A stretch of 63,629 nt of DNA, the filler included, from Candidatus Tectimicrobiota bacterium (GTDB taxonomy: Bacteria > JACPSX01): assembly GCA_016193065.1 (NCBI GenBank). It is 7 parts of 7 records of this genome, joined end to end, with 100 filler letters (N's around TTAATTAATTAA, not from the genome) between each part and the next. Parts side by side here need not be neighbours in the genome. Positions count along the whole stretch, not along the records: positions 1 to 16,034 come from JACPSX010000164.1; positions 16,135 to 20,557 come from JACPSX010000066.1; 5 more parts are not named here. The stretch is one strand, 5' to 3'. The position numbers were made by a program, and so were the translations under genes. This document shows positions 10,101 through 17,501 of this stretch, piece after piece. The notes under the pieces were generated by a model. It searched no databases. It saw only the letters and a list, made by a program, of their open reading frames with translations, and was not told the origin of the DNA. Positions within the stretch are counted from its first letter, which is position 1; each line of letters begins with the position of its first letter.

Positions 10101-10609
10101 GGAACCGGGAGGTGAGCCTGGGAGGGATGGTGAACAAGCTGCGCTCTCTGGTGACCAAGAAGGGAGATCCCATGGGGATCTTCGAGCTGGAGGACCTCTA
10201 CGGTTCGGTGGAAGTCGTGGTCTTCCCGGATGTTTACAAAGATGCCGGGCAATTTCTGGCAGGAGAAGAACCCGTTTGGGTCAAGGGGACCGCGGAGGTG
10301 GACGGGGATGCGGTGAAACTCAGAGCCAGCCGCGTGTTGCCCTTGGAGCAGGCCCCCCTCCTGCAGGGGTTTTCCGTGCACATTAATCTCCAGGTTGAAC
10401 AGGTGAAGCGTTCCACTCTCCTGGGGCTGCGCGATTTGCTGCAGGGCAGCCAGGGGGAGAGCAAAGTGTATCTCCACTTTCATTTCCCGAAACAAAGCAC
10501 AATCCATATGCTGGCCGGAAATTCTTTCCGGATCCTCCCCGAAGGTCCAATCCTGGAGGCCATCGAAGGCCTTGTCGGGGAAGGAAGCGTCGTGCTGGAG
10601 CCGGGCTAG
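7151..10609 (+). CDS. dnaE: DNA polymerase III alpha subunit
   Basis: PHP HLHVHSEYS, GRGSAAGS, PDIDIDF, KMDFLGL, FNKSH; no intein-sized insertion. Confidence 0.98.
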   Translation: MTTADFVHLHVHSEYSLLDGANRLDQLMAKARDFGMGSIALTDHGNLFGAIQFYKKAREYGIHPVLGCEVYTAPSSRFERNPAQGIGDSSNHLVLLAENETGYRNLIHLVTAGYLEGFYYRPRVDREILAEHSEGLIVFSGCLKGEIPSYLLQGQTERARQTACWFRDVFGPDRFFLELQDHGLEEQAHVSPMLIDMARKLQIPLVVTNDCHYLNQDDSVAHDVLLCIQTGKTVNDPKRLKFATNQFYVKSPREMEELFDGVPEALSVTREIAERCHLDFPFGQIHLPRYETPPGTNLDGYLETLARKGLEERLRQAGLWGGEEAGRYRERLDEELQIINRMGYAGYFLVVWDFIDYARRQGIPVGPGRGSAAGSLVAYSLRITDLDPIRYGLLFERFLNPERISMPDIDIDFCMERRDEVIDYVVRKYGRENVAQIITFGTMMAKAAVRDVGRAMDMPYGEVDRIAKLIPNRLNITLSEAIQDESRLAELQAADPKVDFLLKTAQKIEGLTRHASTHAAGVVISPRPLAEFVPLYRGSKNEILTQYAMGDIESLGLLKMDFLGLRTLTVIRHTLVLVRETSGVDLTPEELALDDPDTYALLGEARTLGVFQLEGSGLREILRKLKPEVFEDLIALVALYRPGPLGSGMVEDFIRRKHKQVPIHYDHPLLEEILKETYGVILYQEQVMQIASVLAGFSLGEADLLRRAMGKKQPEIMAQQRQKFQEGARSRGIPEGVAIKIFDQMEYFAGYGFNKSHSAAYALVAYWTAYLKAHFSREFMAALLTSDMDNTDKVIKYLDGCREMGIPVSPPDVNESSKDFSVAGNSLRFGLAAVKNVGVAAVENILAVRQRSGPFPSLEAFCQSIDLRAVNRRVIESLIKGGAFDGWGISRAALMADLDKTIEVGHRSQKDRETGQTSLFSLVNQVPERKPRTKPVPEWPESLRLQYEKEALGFYITGHPLARYAQLLKAFTNSTTQTLAEKNGNREVSLGGMVNKLRSLVTKKGDPMGIFELEDLYGSVEVVVFPDVYKDAGQFLAGEEPVWVKGTAEVDGDAVKLRASRVLPLEQAPLLQGFSVHINLQVEQVKRSTLLGLRDLLQGSQGESKVYLHFHFPKQSTIHMLAGNSFRILPEGPILEAIEGLVGEGSVVLEPG

Positions 10610-10613
10610 CCCC

Positions 10614-11591
10614 ATGATGCAACAGACTTTGGAGTTTGAAAAACCAATTATCGATCTGGAGATCCAGCTCAAGGAACTCGAGCGTTTGGCCTATACAGGC
10701 AACGGGGAGCACCGCGGGGAAGTCCGCAAGCTCAAGAGAAAGATCAACCATATGCGCAAGGATGTCCTGGACAACCTGACATCCTGGCAGCGCACCCAAC
10801 TGGCCCGCCATCCGAACCGCCCCTATTCTCTGGACTACATTGGTTTCATGTGTGGGGATTTTGTGGAGATGCACGGGGATCGCCTCTTTGCAGACGACCC
10901 TGCCGTGGTGGCGGGCCTGGGACGTTTGAACGGGCGCTTTCCCCTGATCGTCGCGGTGATCGGGCAGCAAAAGGGGCGGGAGACGCGGGAGAAGGTGTCG
11001 CGAAGCTTCGGGATGCCCCGCCCCGAAGGGTACCGGAAGGCGCTGCGGCTGATGAAGCTCGCCGAAAAGTTCCAATACCCCGTCATCACGCTCATCGATA
11101 CCCCCGGGGCTTTTCCCGGCATTGATGCGGAGGCTCGGGGGCAGGCGGAAGCCATTGCCCGGAACCTGCTGGAGATGTCGCGCCTGAAGGTTCCAATCGT
11201 GGCGGTGATCGTGGGAGAGGGGGGGAGCGGGGGCGCCTTGGCCCTGGGGCTCGCGGACCGGGTCGTCATGCTGGAGAACTCCATCTATTCGGTGATTTCT
11301 CCGGAAGCGTGCTCCTCGATCCTGTGGAAAAGCTCGGATAAGGCGGCGGAGGCGGCCGAAGCTCTCAAGCTGACGGCCCCGGACATCAAGAGCCTGGGGG
11401 TCATTGACGAGATTCTCAAGGAGCCGCCGGGGGGAGCACATCGGGAACCGGAGCGGATGGCCGCGGTGGTGCGCCGCTGCGTGACACGCCACCTGAGGGA
11501 ATTGCTGAGCTTGCCGGTCGACCTCCTGTTGGAGCAGCGCTTCGAAAAGTTTCGCCGGATGGGCAAGTGGGTGGACTTCTCCACCTCCTGA
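10614..11591 (+). CDS. accA: Acetyl-CoA carboxylase carboxyltransferase alpha subunit
   Basis: LEFEKPI, ARHPNRP, GYRKALRLM, GEGGSGGAL, YSVISPE. Confidence 0.97.
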   Translation: MMQQTLEFEKPIIDLEIQLKELERLAYTGNGEHRGEVRKLKRKINHMRKDVLDNLTSWQRTQLARHPNRPYSLDYIGFMCGDFVEMHGDRLFADDPAVVAGLGRLNGRFPLIVAVIGQQKGRETREKVSRSFGMPRPEGYRKALRLMKLAEKFQYPVITLIDTPGAFPGIDAEARGQAEAIARNLLEMSRLKVPIVAVIVGEGGSGGALALGLADRVVMLENSIYSVISPEACSSILWKSSDKAAEAAEALKLTAPDIKSLGVIDEILKEPPGGAHREPERMAAVVRRCVTRHLRELLSLPVDLLLEQRFEKFRRMGKWVDFSTS

Positions 11592-11601
11592 ATCGATGCT
11601 T

Positions 11602-11674
11602 AGCACTCAGCTCTCAGCTTAAAACTCGGAGGAGAATCAAGAGTTTCACCTCTCTGAAGCTGACATCTGAGAGC
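11602..11674. repeat. 73-bp heptamer-flanked element copy 1
   Basis: (TCAGCNN)n arm, CTCGGAGGAGAATCAAGA core, (GCTGANN)n arm; inverted homolog at 14423-14495. Confidence 0.8.
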
Positions 11675-11756
11675 CAATTGCCGACCGCCAGCCGCGGTTG
11701 CCCGAGGCCGGTATTTATGCTACTATCCAGCAAATTTTTGAAAGGAGCTGGACTCG

Positions 11757-12086
11757 ATGTCCGAAAAAATGGTGACTCTTAACGATAGCAATTTTGAGGG
11801 TGAAGTGCTTTGCAGCGAGATCCCGGTCCTCGTGGACTTCTGGGCCGAATGGTGCGGGCCTTGCCGCATGATTGCACCGGCAGTGGAACAACTGGCTGAA
11901 GAATACGCCGGACGGCTCAAGGTGGGCAAGCTCAATGTGGATGAAAACCCTCTAGTCGCTTCGCGCTTCGGGATCCGCAGCATCCCGAGCCTGCTCATTT
12001 TCAAGGGGGGTGTTGTGGTGGAACAGATCGTCGGGGTCCAGCCGAAAGCCTCCCTCAAGCAACTCGTAGAGAGAAACCTGTCCTGA
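11757..12086 (+). CDS. trxA: Thioredoxin
   Basis: [13 protein letters not shown] cis-Pro motif, 109 aa. Confidence 0.97.
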   Translation: MSEKMVTLNDSNFEGEVLCSEIPVLVDFWAEWCGPCRMIAPAVEQLAEEYAGRLKVGKLNVDENPLVASRFGIRSIPSLLIFKGGVVVEQIVGVQPKASLKQLVERNLS

Positions 12087-12090
12087 GCTT

Positions 12091-12176
12091 CCGTTCGCCT
12101 GGTTCGACAAGCTCACCACAGGCTTCGACCGCGGGTACCCGCGAAGCGGGTGCGGCTTCCGGGTGAGGGCGAACGG
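12091..12176. repeat. REP-like hairpin cluster carrying a nested double micro-element (12130-12165)
   Basis: CCGTTCGCC...GGCGAACGG ends; one empty unit TTCGAC-AAGCTC-A and one filled unit TTCGAC-[element]-A. Confidence 0.85.
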
Positions 12177-12216
12177 AGGTCGAAGGGCCTGTAGCGGGAA
12201 TGCTCCGGGGGGACAC

Positions 12217-13005
12217 GTGCCGCACGCCATCGCCTCCGGAAAAACGTACCACTATATCATTGGCAATGAGGGCGCGCGCCCGCAGCCCACGGCGGTCTTC
12301 GTGCACGGCGCCGGTGGGGACCACACGGTCTGGCTGGCGCAGTTCGATGCCCTGAAGTCTGCCGGGTACGGAGCTGTCGCCGTCGATCTGCCCGGCCACG
12401 GCCGCTCCGGGGGAGACGGAGAATCCTCCATCGAGGCGTTCGCCCACGGTGTGCTGGCGCTGGTTCATGATTTACAGATCAGGCGGCCGGTCCTGGTGGG
12501 GCATTCCATGGGTGGGGCCATTGCAATGGCTGCGGCGCTGATTTCCCCTTCGACACTGGATGGGCTCGTGCTGGTGGGGAGCGGGGCGCGCTTGCGGGTC
12601 AGCCAGCAATTCCTGGATGGAATCGAACAAAACTTCTCCGAAGCGGTGAGAAACATCTGCCGCGTGGCCTTTTCCGAGCGGGCCACGGCAGAGATGATCG
12701 AGCGCGGCATCGCCAACATGTTGCGGACCTCGCCTCGGGTTCTGGCTGCAGACTTCCGGGCCTGCAACGAGTTTGACATCCGGGACCGGCTCGGGGCCCT
12801 CACGCTTCCCGCTCTCGTCCTGTGCGGCAGCGAGGACCGGATGACCTTCCCCAAGTATTCGCAATACCTTCACGAACGGATTCCCGGGTCGATCCTGCGC
12901 TGGGTGCCGGGAGCCGGCCACATGGTGATGCTGGAAGAGCCCGAGGAAGTCTCCCAGGCTGTGCTGGAGTTTTTCAGTTCCAGAGCGGGATTCGCCTCAT
13001 CTTGA
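12217..13005 (+). CDS. Alpha/beta fold hydrolase
   Basis: HGAGG, DLPGHGRS, GHSMGG nucleophile elbow, GSED, AGH. Confidence 0.92.
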   Translation: MPHAIASGKTYHYIIGNEGARPQPTAVFVHGAGGDHTVWLAQFDALKSAGYGAVAVDLPGHGRSGGDGESSIEAFAHGVLALVHDLQIRRPVLVGHSMGGAIAMAAALISPSTLDGLVLVGSGARLRVSQQFLDGIEQNFSEAVRNICRVAFSERATAEMIERGIANMLRTSPRVLAADFRACNEFDIRDRLGALTLPALVLCGSEDRMTFPKYSQYLHERIPGSILRWVPGAGHMVMLEEPEEVSQAVLEFFSSRAGFASS

Positions 13006-13029
13006 GGTGAATTCCATGGAGGGGGGGAG

Positions 13030-14460
13030 ATGATGCACTACGATCTGGTCGTGATTGGATCGGGTCCGGCAGGGGAGAAAGGGGCGGCTCAGGCCGCCTA
13101 CTTCGGCAAGAAGGTGCTGGTCATCGAAGCGGGGGAAGAGGTCGGTGGGGCCGGTGTCAATACCGGTACGATCCCGAGCAAGACCCTGCGGGAAACCGCC
13201 CTTTACTTTTCCGGCCTGCGCCAGAGGGGGCTCTACGGCATCGACTACAGCCTGAAAGAGAACCTCACGATCCCGGATTTCATGTTCCGCAAGGACCGGG
13301 TCATCGAGAACGCCTGGCAGCGGGTCCGCCAGAACTTGAAGCGGCACGGGATCGATCTCCTGTGGGGGCAGGCTTCTTTCGAAGATCCCCGCACTCTGAG
13401 AGTCGTGGGGAAAGACGGGGAGACGGTGAGGGTGACCGGGGACGTGATCCTGATTGCCACCGGCTCCGTTCCCCACCGCCCCCCCTCCGTGCCATTTGAC
13501 GATCAGCGCGTTTACGACAGTGACTCGATCCTCCGAATGGACCGCATCCCGGGCTCCCTGGCGGTCATCGGCGGCGGCGTGATCGGCTGCGAGTATGCCT
13601 CCATATTCACCGCCTTGGGGGTAAAGGTCACATTGATCGACGGGCGGGACCGCCTTCTTCCCTTCCTGGACGGGGAGATCTCGGAGCGCCTGCGCATGCA
13701 ACTCTCCTTGCTCTCGGCCGTCATTCTTCTGGAGGAGGAAGTGGCTTTCCTGGAACCTGAGGGCGATGGAGTTTATGTGGCCCTGAAGAGCGGCAAGCAT
13801 CTCCGCGTGGACCGGGTGCTCCACGCCGCCGGGAGGCAGGGGAATTCCGCCGGACTGAACCTGGAGGCGGTGGGAATCCAGACCACCCCGCGCGGCCACA
13901 TCGTGGTGAACGATCGTTACCAGACTTCCGTCCCCCACGTTTACGCCGCAGGGGACGTCATCGGGTTTCCCGCCCTGGCGGCCACCTCCATGGAGCAGGC
14001 CCGGGTGGCGATGTGCCACGCCTTCGACCTGAAATACAAAACCCGGGTCTCTCCCCATCTGCCGCTGGCCATTTACACGATTCCGGAGATCTCCATGATC
14101 GGGGAAACGGAAGAATCGTGCCGGCAGAAAGGGATTGCCTATTGCGCCGGCAGGGCGCTGTACGCGGAAAATGCCCGGGGCCAGATCATCGGGGATTGCA
14201 GCGGTATGCTCAAGCTCCTGTTTTCCGCGCAGGACTTGAAGCTCGTGGGTGTCCACATCATCGGCGAGATGGCTTCGGAGGTGATCCACCTGGGAGCCGC
14301 AGTCCTGGCCGCGGGTGAGACCATTGATGTCTTCATCCAGTCCGTGTTCAACTACCCGACCCTCTCGGACGCTTACAAGTACGCGGCCTACGACGGGCTG
14401 GGCAACCTGCAGCGCATGAATAGCAGTCAGCTTTCAGCTTCGGAGGGCCGAGTTTCTTGA
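13030..14460 (+). CDS. sthA: Soluble pyridine nucleotide transhydrogenase
   Basis: GSGPAG, NTGTIPSKTLRE (no redox disulfide), GGGVIGCEYAS, GDVIGFPALA, FNYPTL. Confidence 0.9.
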   Translation: MMHYDLVVIGSGPAGEKGAAQAAYFGKKVLVIEAGEEVGGAGVNTGTIPSKTLRETALYFSGLRQRGLYGIDYSLKENLTIPDFMFRKDRVIENAWQRVRQNLKRHGIDLLWGQASFEDPRTLRVVGKDGETVRVTGDVILIATGSVPHRPPSVPFDDQRVYDSDSILRMDRIPGSLAVIGGGVIGCEYASIFTALGVKVTLIDGRDRLLPFLDGEISERLRMQLSLLSAVILLEEEVAFLEPEGDGVYVALKSGKHLRVDRVLHAAGRQGNSAGLNLEAVGIQTTPRGHIVVNDRYQTSVPHVYAAGDVIGFPALAATSMEQARVAMCHAFDLKYKTRVSPHLPLAIYTIPEISMIGETEESCRQKGIAYCAGRALYAENARGQIIGDCSGMLKLLFSAQDLKLVGVHIIGEMASEVIHLGAAVLAAGETIDVFIQSVFNYPTLSDAYKYAAYDGLGNLQRMNSSQLSASEGRVS

Positions 14461-14495
14461 TTCTCCTCCGAGTCTCAGGCTGATTGCTGAATGCT
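14423..14495. repeat. 73-bp heptamer-flanked element copy 2, overlapping the sthA 3' end
   Basis: Reverse complement aligns without gaps to 11602-11674. Confidence 0.8.
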
Positions 14496-14517
14496 TTCTC
14501 AAGAAAGGAGGCCAAGC

Positions 14518-14919
14518 ATGACCTTTGGCAAAAGGTGGCGCAGACTTCCCTTGGTCGGGGCAATTGCCCTTTGGGTGGTTTTTATTTCCGTGCTTCCCTC
14601 TCCCGCCGTGGCCATGCCGATTCCATCGCAGATGGTGGGCGGTGGACAGAGTTCGAGCTCCGGTGATCTGGCCAAACTGCAATCTTTTCTGGAGGAAAAG
14701 AAAGTCCGGGAACGGCTCAAGGATCTTGGTTTCAGCCCGGAGGAGATCAGCAGCCGCCTTGCCCGTCTCAGCCCGCAGCAGCTCCACGAGGTGGCGCAGC
14801 GCACCGAGAATCTTCGGGTCGGGGCCGATGCGGCAGGTGCCCTGGTCGCGATCGTCCTTATTTTGGCCATCGTAATTTTGGTTCTGGAGCTGACGGGGCA
14901 CCGGATCATCAGCCGTTGA
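14518..14919 (+). CDS. PA2779-family exported protein
   Basis: Signal peptide, V.ERL..LG.SPEE...RL..LS..QL pattern, C-terminal hydrophobic helix. Confidence 0.8.
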   Translation: MTFGKRWRRLPLVGAIALWVVFISVLPSPAVAMPIPSQMVGGGQSSSSGDLAKLQSFLEEKKVRERLKDLGFSPEEISSRLARLSPQQLHEVAQRTENLRVGADAAGALVAIVLILAIVILVLELTGHRIISR

Positions 14920-15521
14920 AATCTCCTCTCATCCCGACCCTAACTCTTCTCGCCTTTCTGGCAGCGGGCTGCGGGACGTTCCCCCGGCCCCTGCAAGTCA
15001 GCGAGGGTGGCCGCCTTCTTCTGGACGGAAAGCCGTTTGCCGGAACACTCATCCGCGGCGTCCCTTTTTACAAACAGAAGAGGGAGTACTGCGGCCCCGC
15101 CTCCCTGGCCATGGTCCTCAACTTCTGGGGCGGCAAGTTTTCCCAGGATGACATTGCCCCCGAGGTGTACTCGCCCACGGTGCACGGCTCCCTCACCCTG
15201 GACGTGGAGAACTTCGCTCGCAAGCGAGGGTTTTGGACCCGGAGTTACCGAGGGAACCTGAATGACTTGAAAGCCCACCTGGACCGGGGACACCCACTCA
15301 TTGTCTTCGAGAACCGCGGCTTCAACGTCCTGCCCCTCGACCATTACTCCGTGATCATCGGATATGGCGACGAGCAGGGAGGGGTCGTCATGCACTCCGC
15401 CGAGGATGAGAACCTTTTCATGTCTTATCCCCTGTTCCTGCGCAACTGGGAGAAGGGCGGGTTCTGGACCCTTCTCATCCTCCCCCCGGCGGCCGCCCGG
15501 AGAGAAGAGCTTCAGAGGTAG
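14916..15521 (+). CDS. C39-like cysteine peptidase lipoprotein (PA2778-like)
   Basis: Lipobox LAAGC, VPFYKQ...CGPASLAMVL, HYSVIIGY. Confidence 0.85.
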   Translation: MKSPLIPTLTLLAFLAAGCGTFPRPLQVSEGGRLLLDGKPFAGTLIRGVPFYKQKREYCGPASLAMVLNFWGGKFSQDDIAPEVYSPTVHGSLTLDVENFARKRGFWTRSYRGNLNDLKAHLDRGHPLIVFENRGFNVLPLDHYSVIIGYGDEQGGVVMHSAEDENLFMSYPLFLRNWEKGGFWTLLILPPAAARREELQR

Positions 15522-15582
15522 TCGTCCTGGGCTTGCGAGCGGGGTATCATCCACGGCGCCGCCGAACTCTGGAGGGGAAGCA

Positions 15583-16008
15583 ATGCAAAAGATGACGGAC
15601 TCCGAATGCAGGGACTTTCTGCGGGAGGGGACCCGCACTGGGAAAATCGCCACCGTGCGGCAGGACGGACGCCCGAACGTGGTTCCCATCTGGTTCGCTC
15701 TAGACGGGGAGGATCTCGTCTTCACGACCTGGCATGAATCCGTGAAGGCGAAGAACATGCGGCGCGATCCAAGAGTCTGCATCTGCGTCGAAGATGATCG
15801 GCCGCCTTTTGCCTTTGTCCAGATCGAAGGAACTGCTGAATTCCAGGAGATGCCAGGGGACCTCCTCTACTGGGCCACCCGGATCGCCGGCAGGTACATG
15901 GGGGACCAGGCGGAGGCCTACGGCAAGAGAAACAGCGTCCCGGGAGAGATGCTCGTGAAAGTGCACCCGACGAGGATGACGGGTGTCAAGGACGTCGCCG
16001 GGTGGTAA
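15583..16008 (+). CDS. PPOX-class (putative F420-dependent) oxidoreductase
   Basis: TRTGKIATVR.DGRP...PIWF, K.KNMRRDPRV. Confidence 0.85.
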   Translation: MQKMTDSECRDFLREGTRTGKIATVRQDGRPNVVPIWFALDGEDLVFTTWHESVKAKNMRRDPRVCICVEDDRPPFAFVQIEGTAEFQEMPGDLLYWATRIAGRYMGDQAEAYGKRNSVPGEMLVKVHPTRMTGVKDVAGW

Positions 16009-16034
16009 TCCCGTGTGAAAAATGATCAATCATA

Positions 16035-16134
16035 NNNNNNNNNNNNNNNNNNNNNNNNNNNNNNNNNNNNNNNNNNNNTTAATTAATTAANNNNNNNNNN
16101 NNNNNNNNNNNNNNNNNNNNNNNNNNNNNNNNNN
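16035..16134. other. Artificial contig linker
   Basis: N run + TTAATTAATTAA + N run. Confidence 0.99.
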
Positions 16135-16327
16135 CGGCCAGGTCCAGCACCGCTTCGTGGTAAGCAGACCAGGCTTTTTGAAACTCCTCGGGAAGCAGGT
16201 TCCGGATGTTCAAAGAGCGGACCAGGACCAGGAACCCTTCCGGAAGGATGCGTTGAAATTCCAGAGCTGGAACGTCGTACACTGCCGTCGGGTTGATGAA
16301 ACCGATTCTGCCTCGCCAACCGTACAT
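16135..16327 (-). CDS. Asp/Glu racemase / maleate isomerase family protein, 5' part
   Basis: MYGWRGRIGFINP N-terminus; truncated by the gap. Confidence 0.7.
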
Positions 16328-16352
16328 AGAGAGCCTCCCTTGGAAAACGGCC

Positions 16353-17369
16353 TCAGGGCTTGTAGAGCCCGTCGATGAATCCTTCCCGGTCCAGTTTGGC
16401 AACGATCTGGGAGTCAATGAAATCCTCCGTCTTTGCGGTGGCTGCCTTGGGGTTTCTGGCCTTGAGGATGTCCAGAATTGTCTGGATCCCCTTCTGGGTC
16501 GGGTAAGGTTTTTTCTGAAAGTACTGCGCGTAAGTCTTATAGTTTTGCTCGACCAGCTCGGGATCGCTGGCTCTAAGGTATTTCCCGAGGACTTTTTTGC
16601 TGAAGGCCGGATCCTTATAAAAAAGAGCAATTCCCTGAATGTATGCCTTCAGGAAACGCTCGAGGTCATTTTGATGTTCCGCCAACGCCTGGCGGTTCAC
16701 CGCGACTCCCGTCCACTGAATCTCCAGACCCAGAGATCCCAAACGAAGGAGCTGCTGAAGCCCGGCTTTCTCTGCCGTATAGACATATGTCTCCGTGAAA
16801 CAGCCTGCTTCCGCAGAGCCCGCTTTGACGGCGGCCAGCGTATTGGGCGCCGAGCCCACCTGGATCATCGTCACGTCCCGGTCGGGCTTAAGACCGAAAT
16901 GTTCCAGGGCGATCCGGGCGGACAGGTCGCTGGCTGAGCCAAATCGCGCCACCGCCATCCTTTTCCCTTTGAGATCCTGGAGCTGCCGGATACTCGGGAT
17001 GCTCACGATGCTCATCGGAAAGGCATTGACCGTGCCTGCCACCATAACGAGAGGGGCTCCAGCCAGGACCGCTTGCACGATGGGAATCCCCGTGATGGAG
17101 ACGATAGGGACATTCCCGCTCACCAGTGCCTGGGCTGCCAGGGAACCGGATTGCAAATAGACCATTTCGACGGAGACGCCGTAGCGGGGAAACAACTTCG
17201 CCTCGTAGGCATTCCACAGGGGACTCATCTCCGCCGCCAGGGCGGCATACCCCACGGTCAGGGGCTTTTGCTGAGCCTGCACAACTCTTGGCCCCCAGAG
17301 TACGAAAGCAGCCAGGATGAACAGGCACCAGCTTGTCTTCCGGAATCTCAAAGCGACCTCTCTCTTCAT
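16353..17369 (-). CDS. ABC transporter substrate-binding protein (NMT1/SsuA/TauA family)
   Basis: Signal peptide, DLKGKRMAVARFGSASD, GLKPDRDV. Confidence 0.88.
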   Translation of the reverse strand: MKREVALRFRKTSWCLFILAAFVLWGPRVVQAQQKPLTVGYAALAAEMSPLWNAYEAKLFPRYGVSVEMVYLQSGSLAAQALVSGNVPIVSITGIPIVQAVLAGAPLVMVAGTVNAFPMSIVSIPSIRQLQDLKGKRMAVARFGSASDLSARIALEHFGLKPDRDVTMIQVGSAPNTLAAVKAGSAEAGCFTETYVYTAEKAGLQQLLRLGSLGLEIQWTGVAVNRQALAEHQNDLERFLKAYIQGIALFYKDPAFSKKVLGKYLRASDPELVEQNYKTYAQYFQKKPYPTQKGIQTILDILKARNPKAATAKTEDFIDSQIVAKLDREGFIDGLYKP

Positions 17370-17501
17370 GGTTCCACCCTCCCATAATTTTCCGCAAGTC
17401 ATAGAGAATATACTCCATGCTGCCGGCAATGATTGGAAGCATAGAGAAAGCCTTTCAGGAGATCAAGACTTTACCATATCTTTTGTTTTTCTGGACCAGA
17501 G

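Noticed and set aside
7151-10609. Intein in dnaE
   Set aside because: Length of 1152 aa is normal and no splice-junction or LAGLIDADG motifs are seen.
16035-16134. TTAATTAATTAA palindrome repeated six times in the window
   Set aside because: Always embedded in identical N runs; it is an artificial six-frame-stop contig linker.
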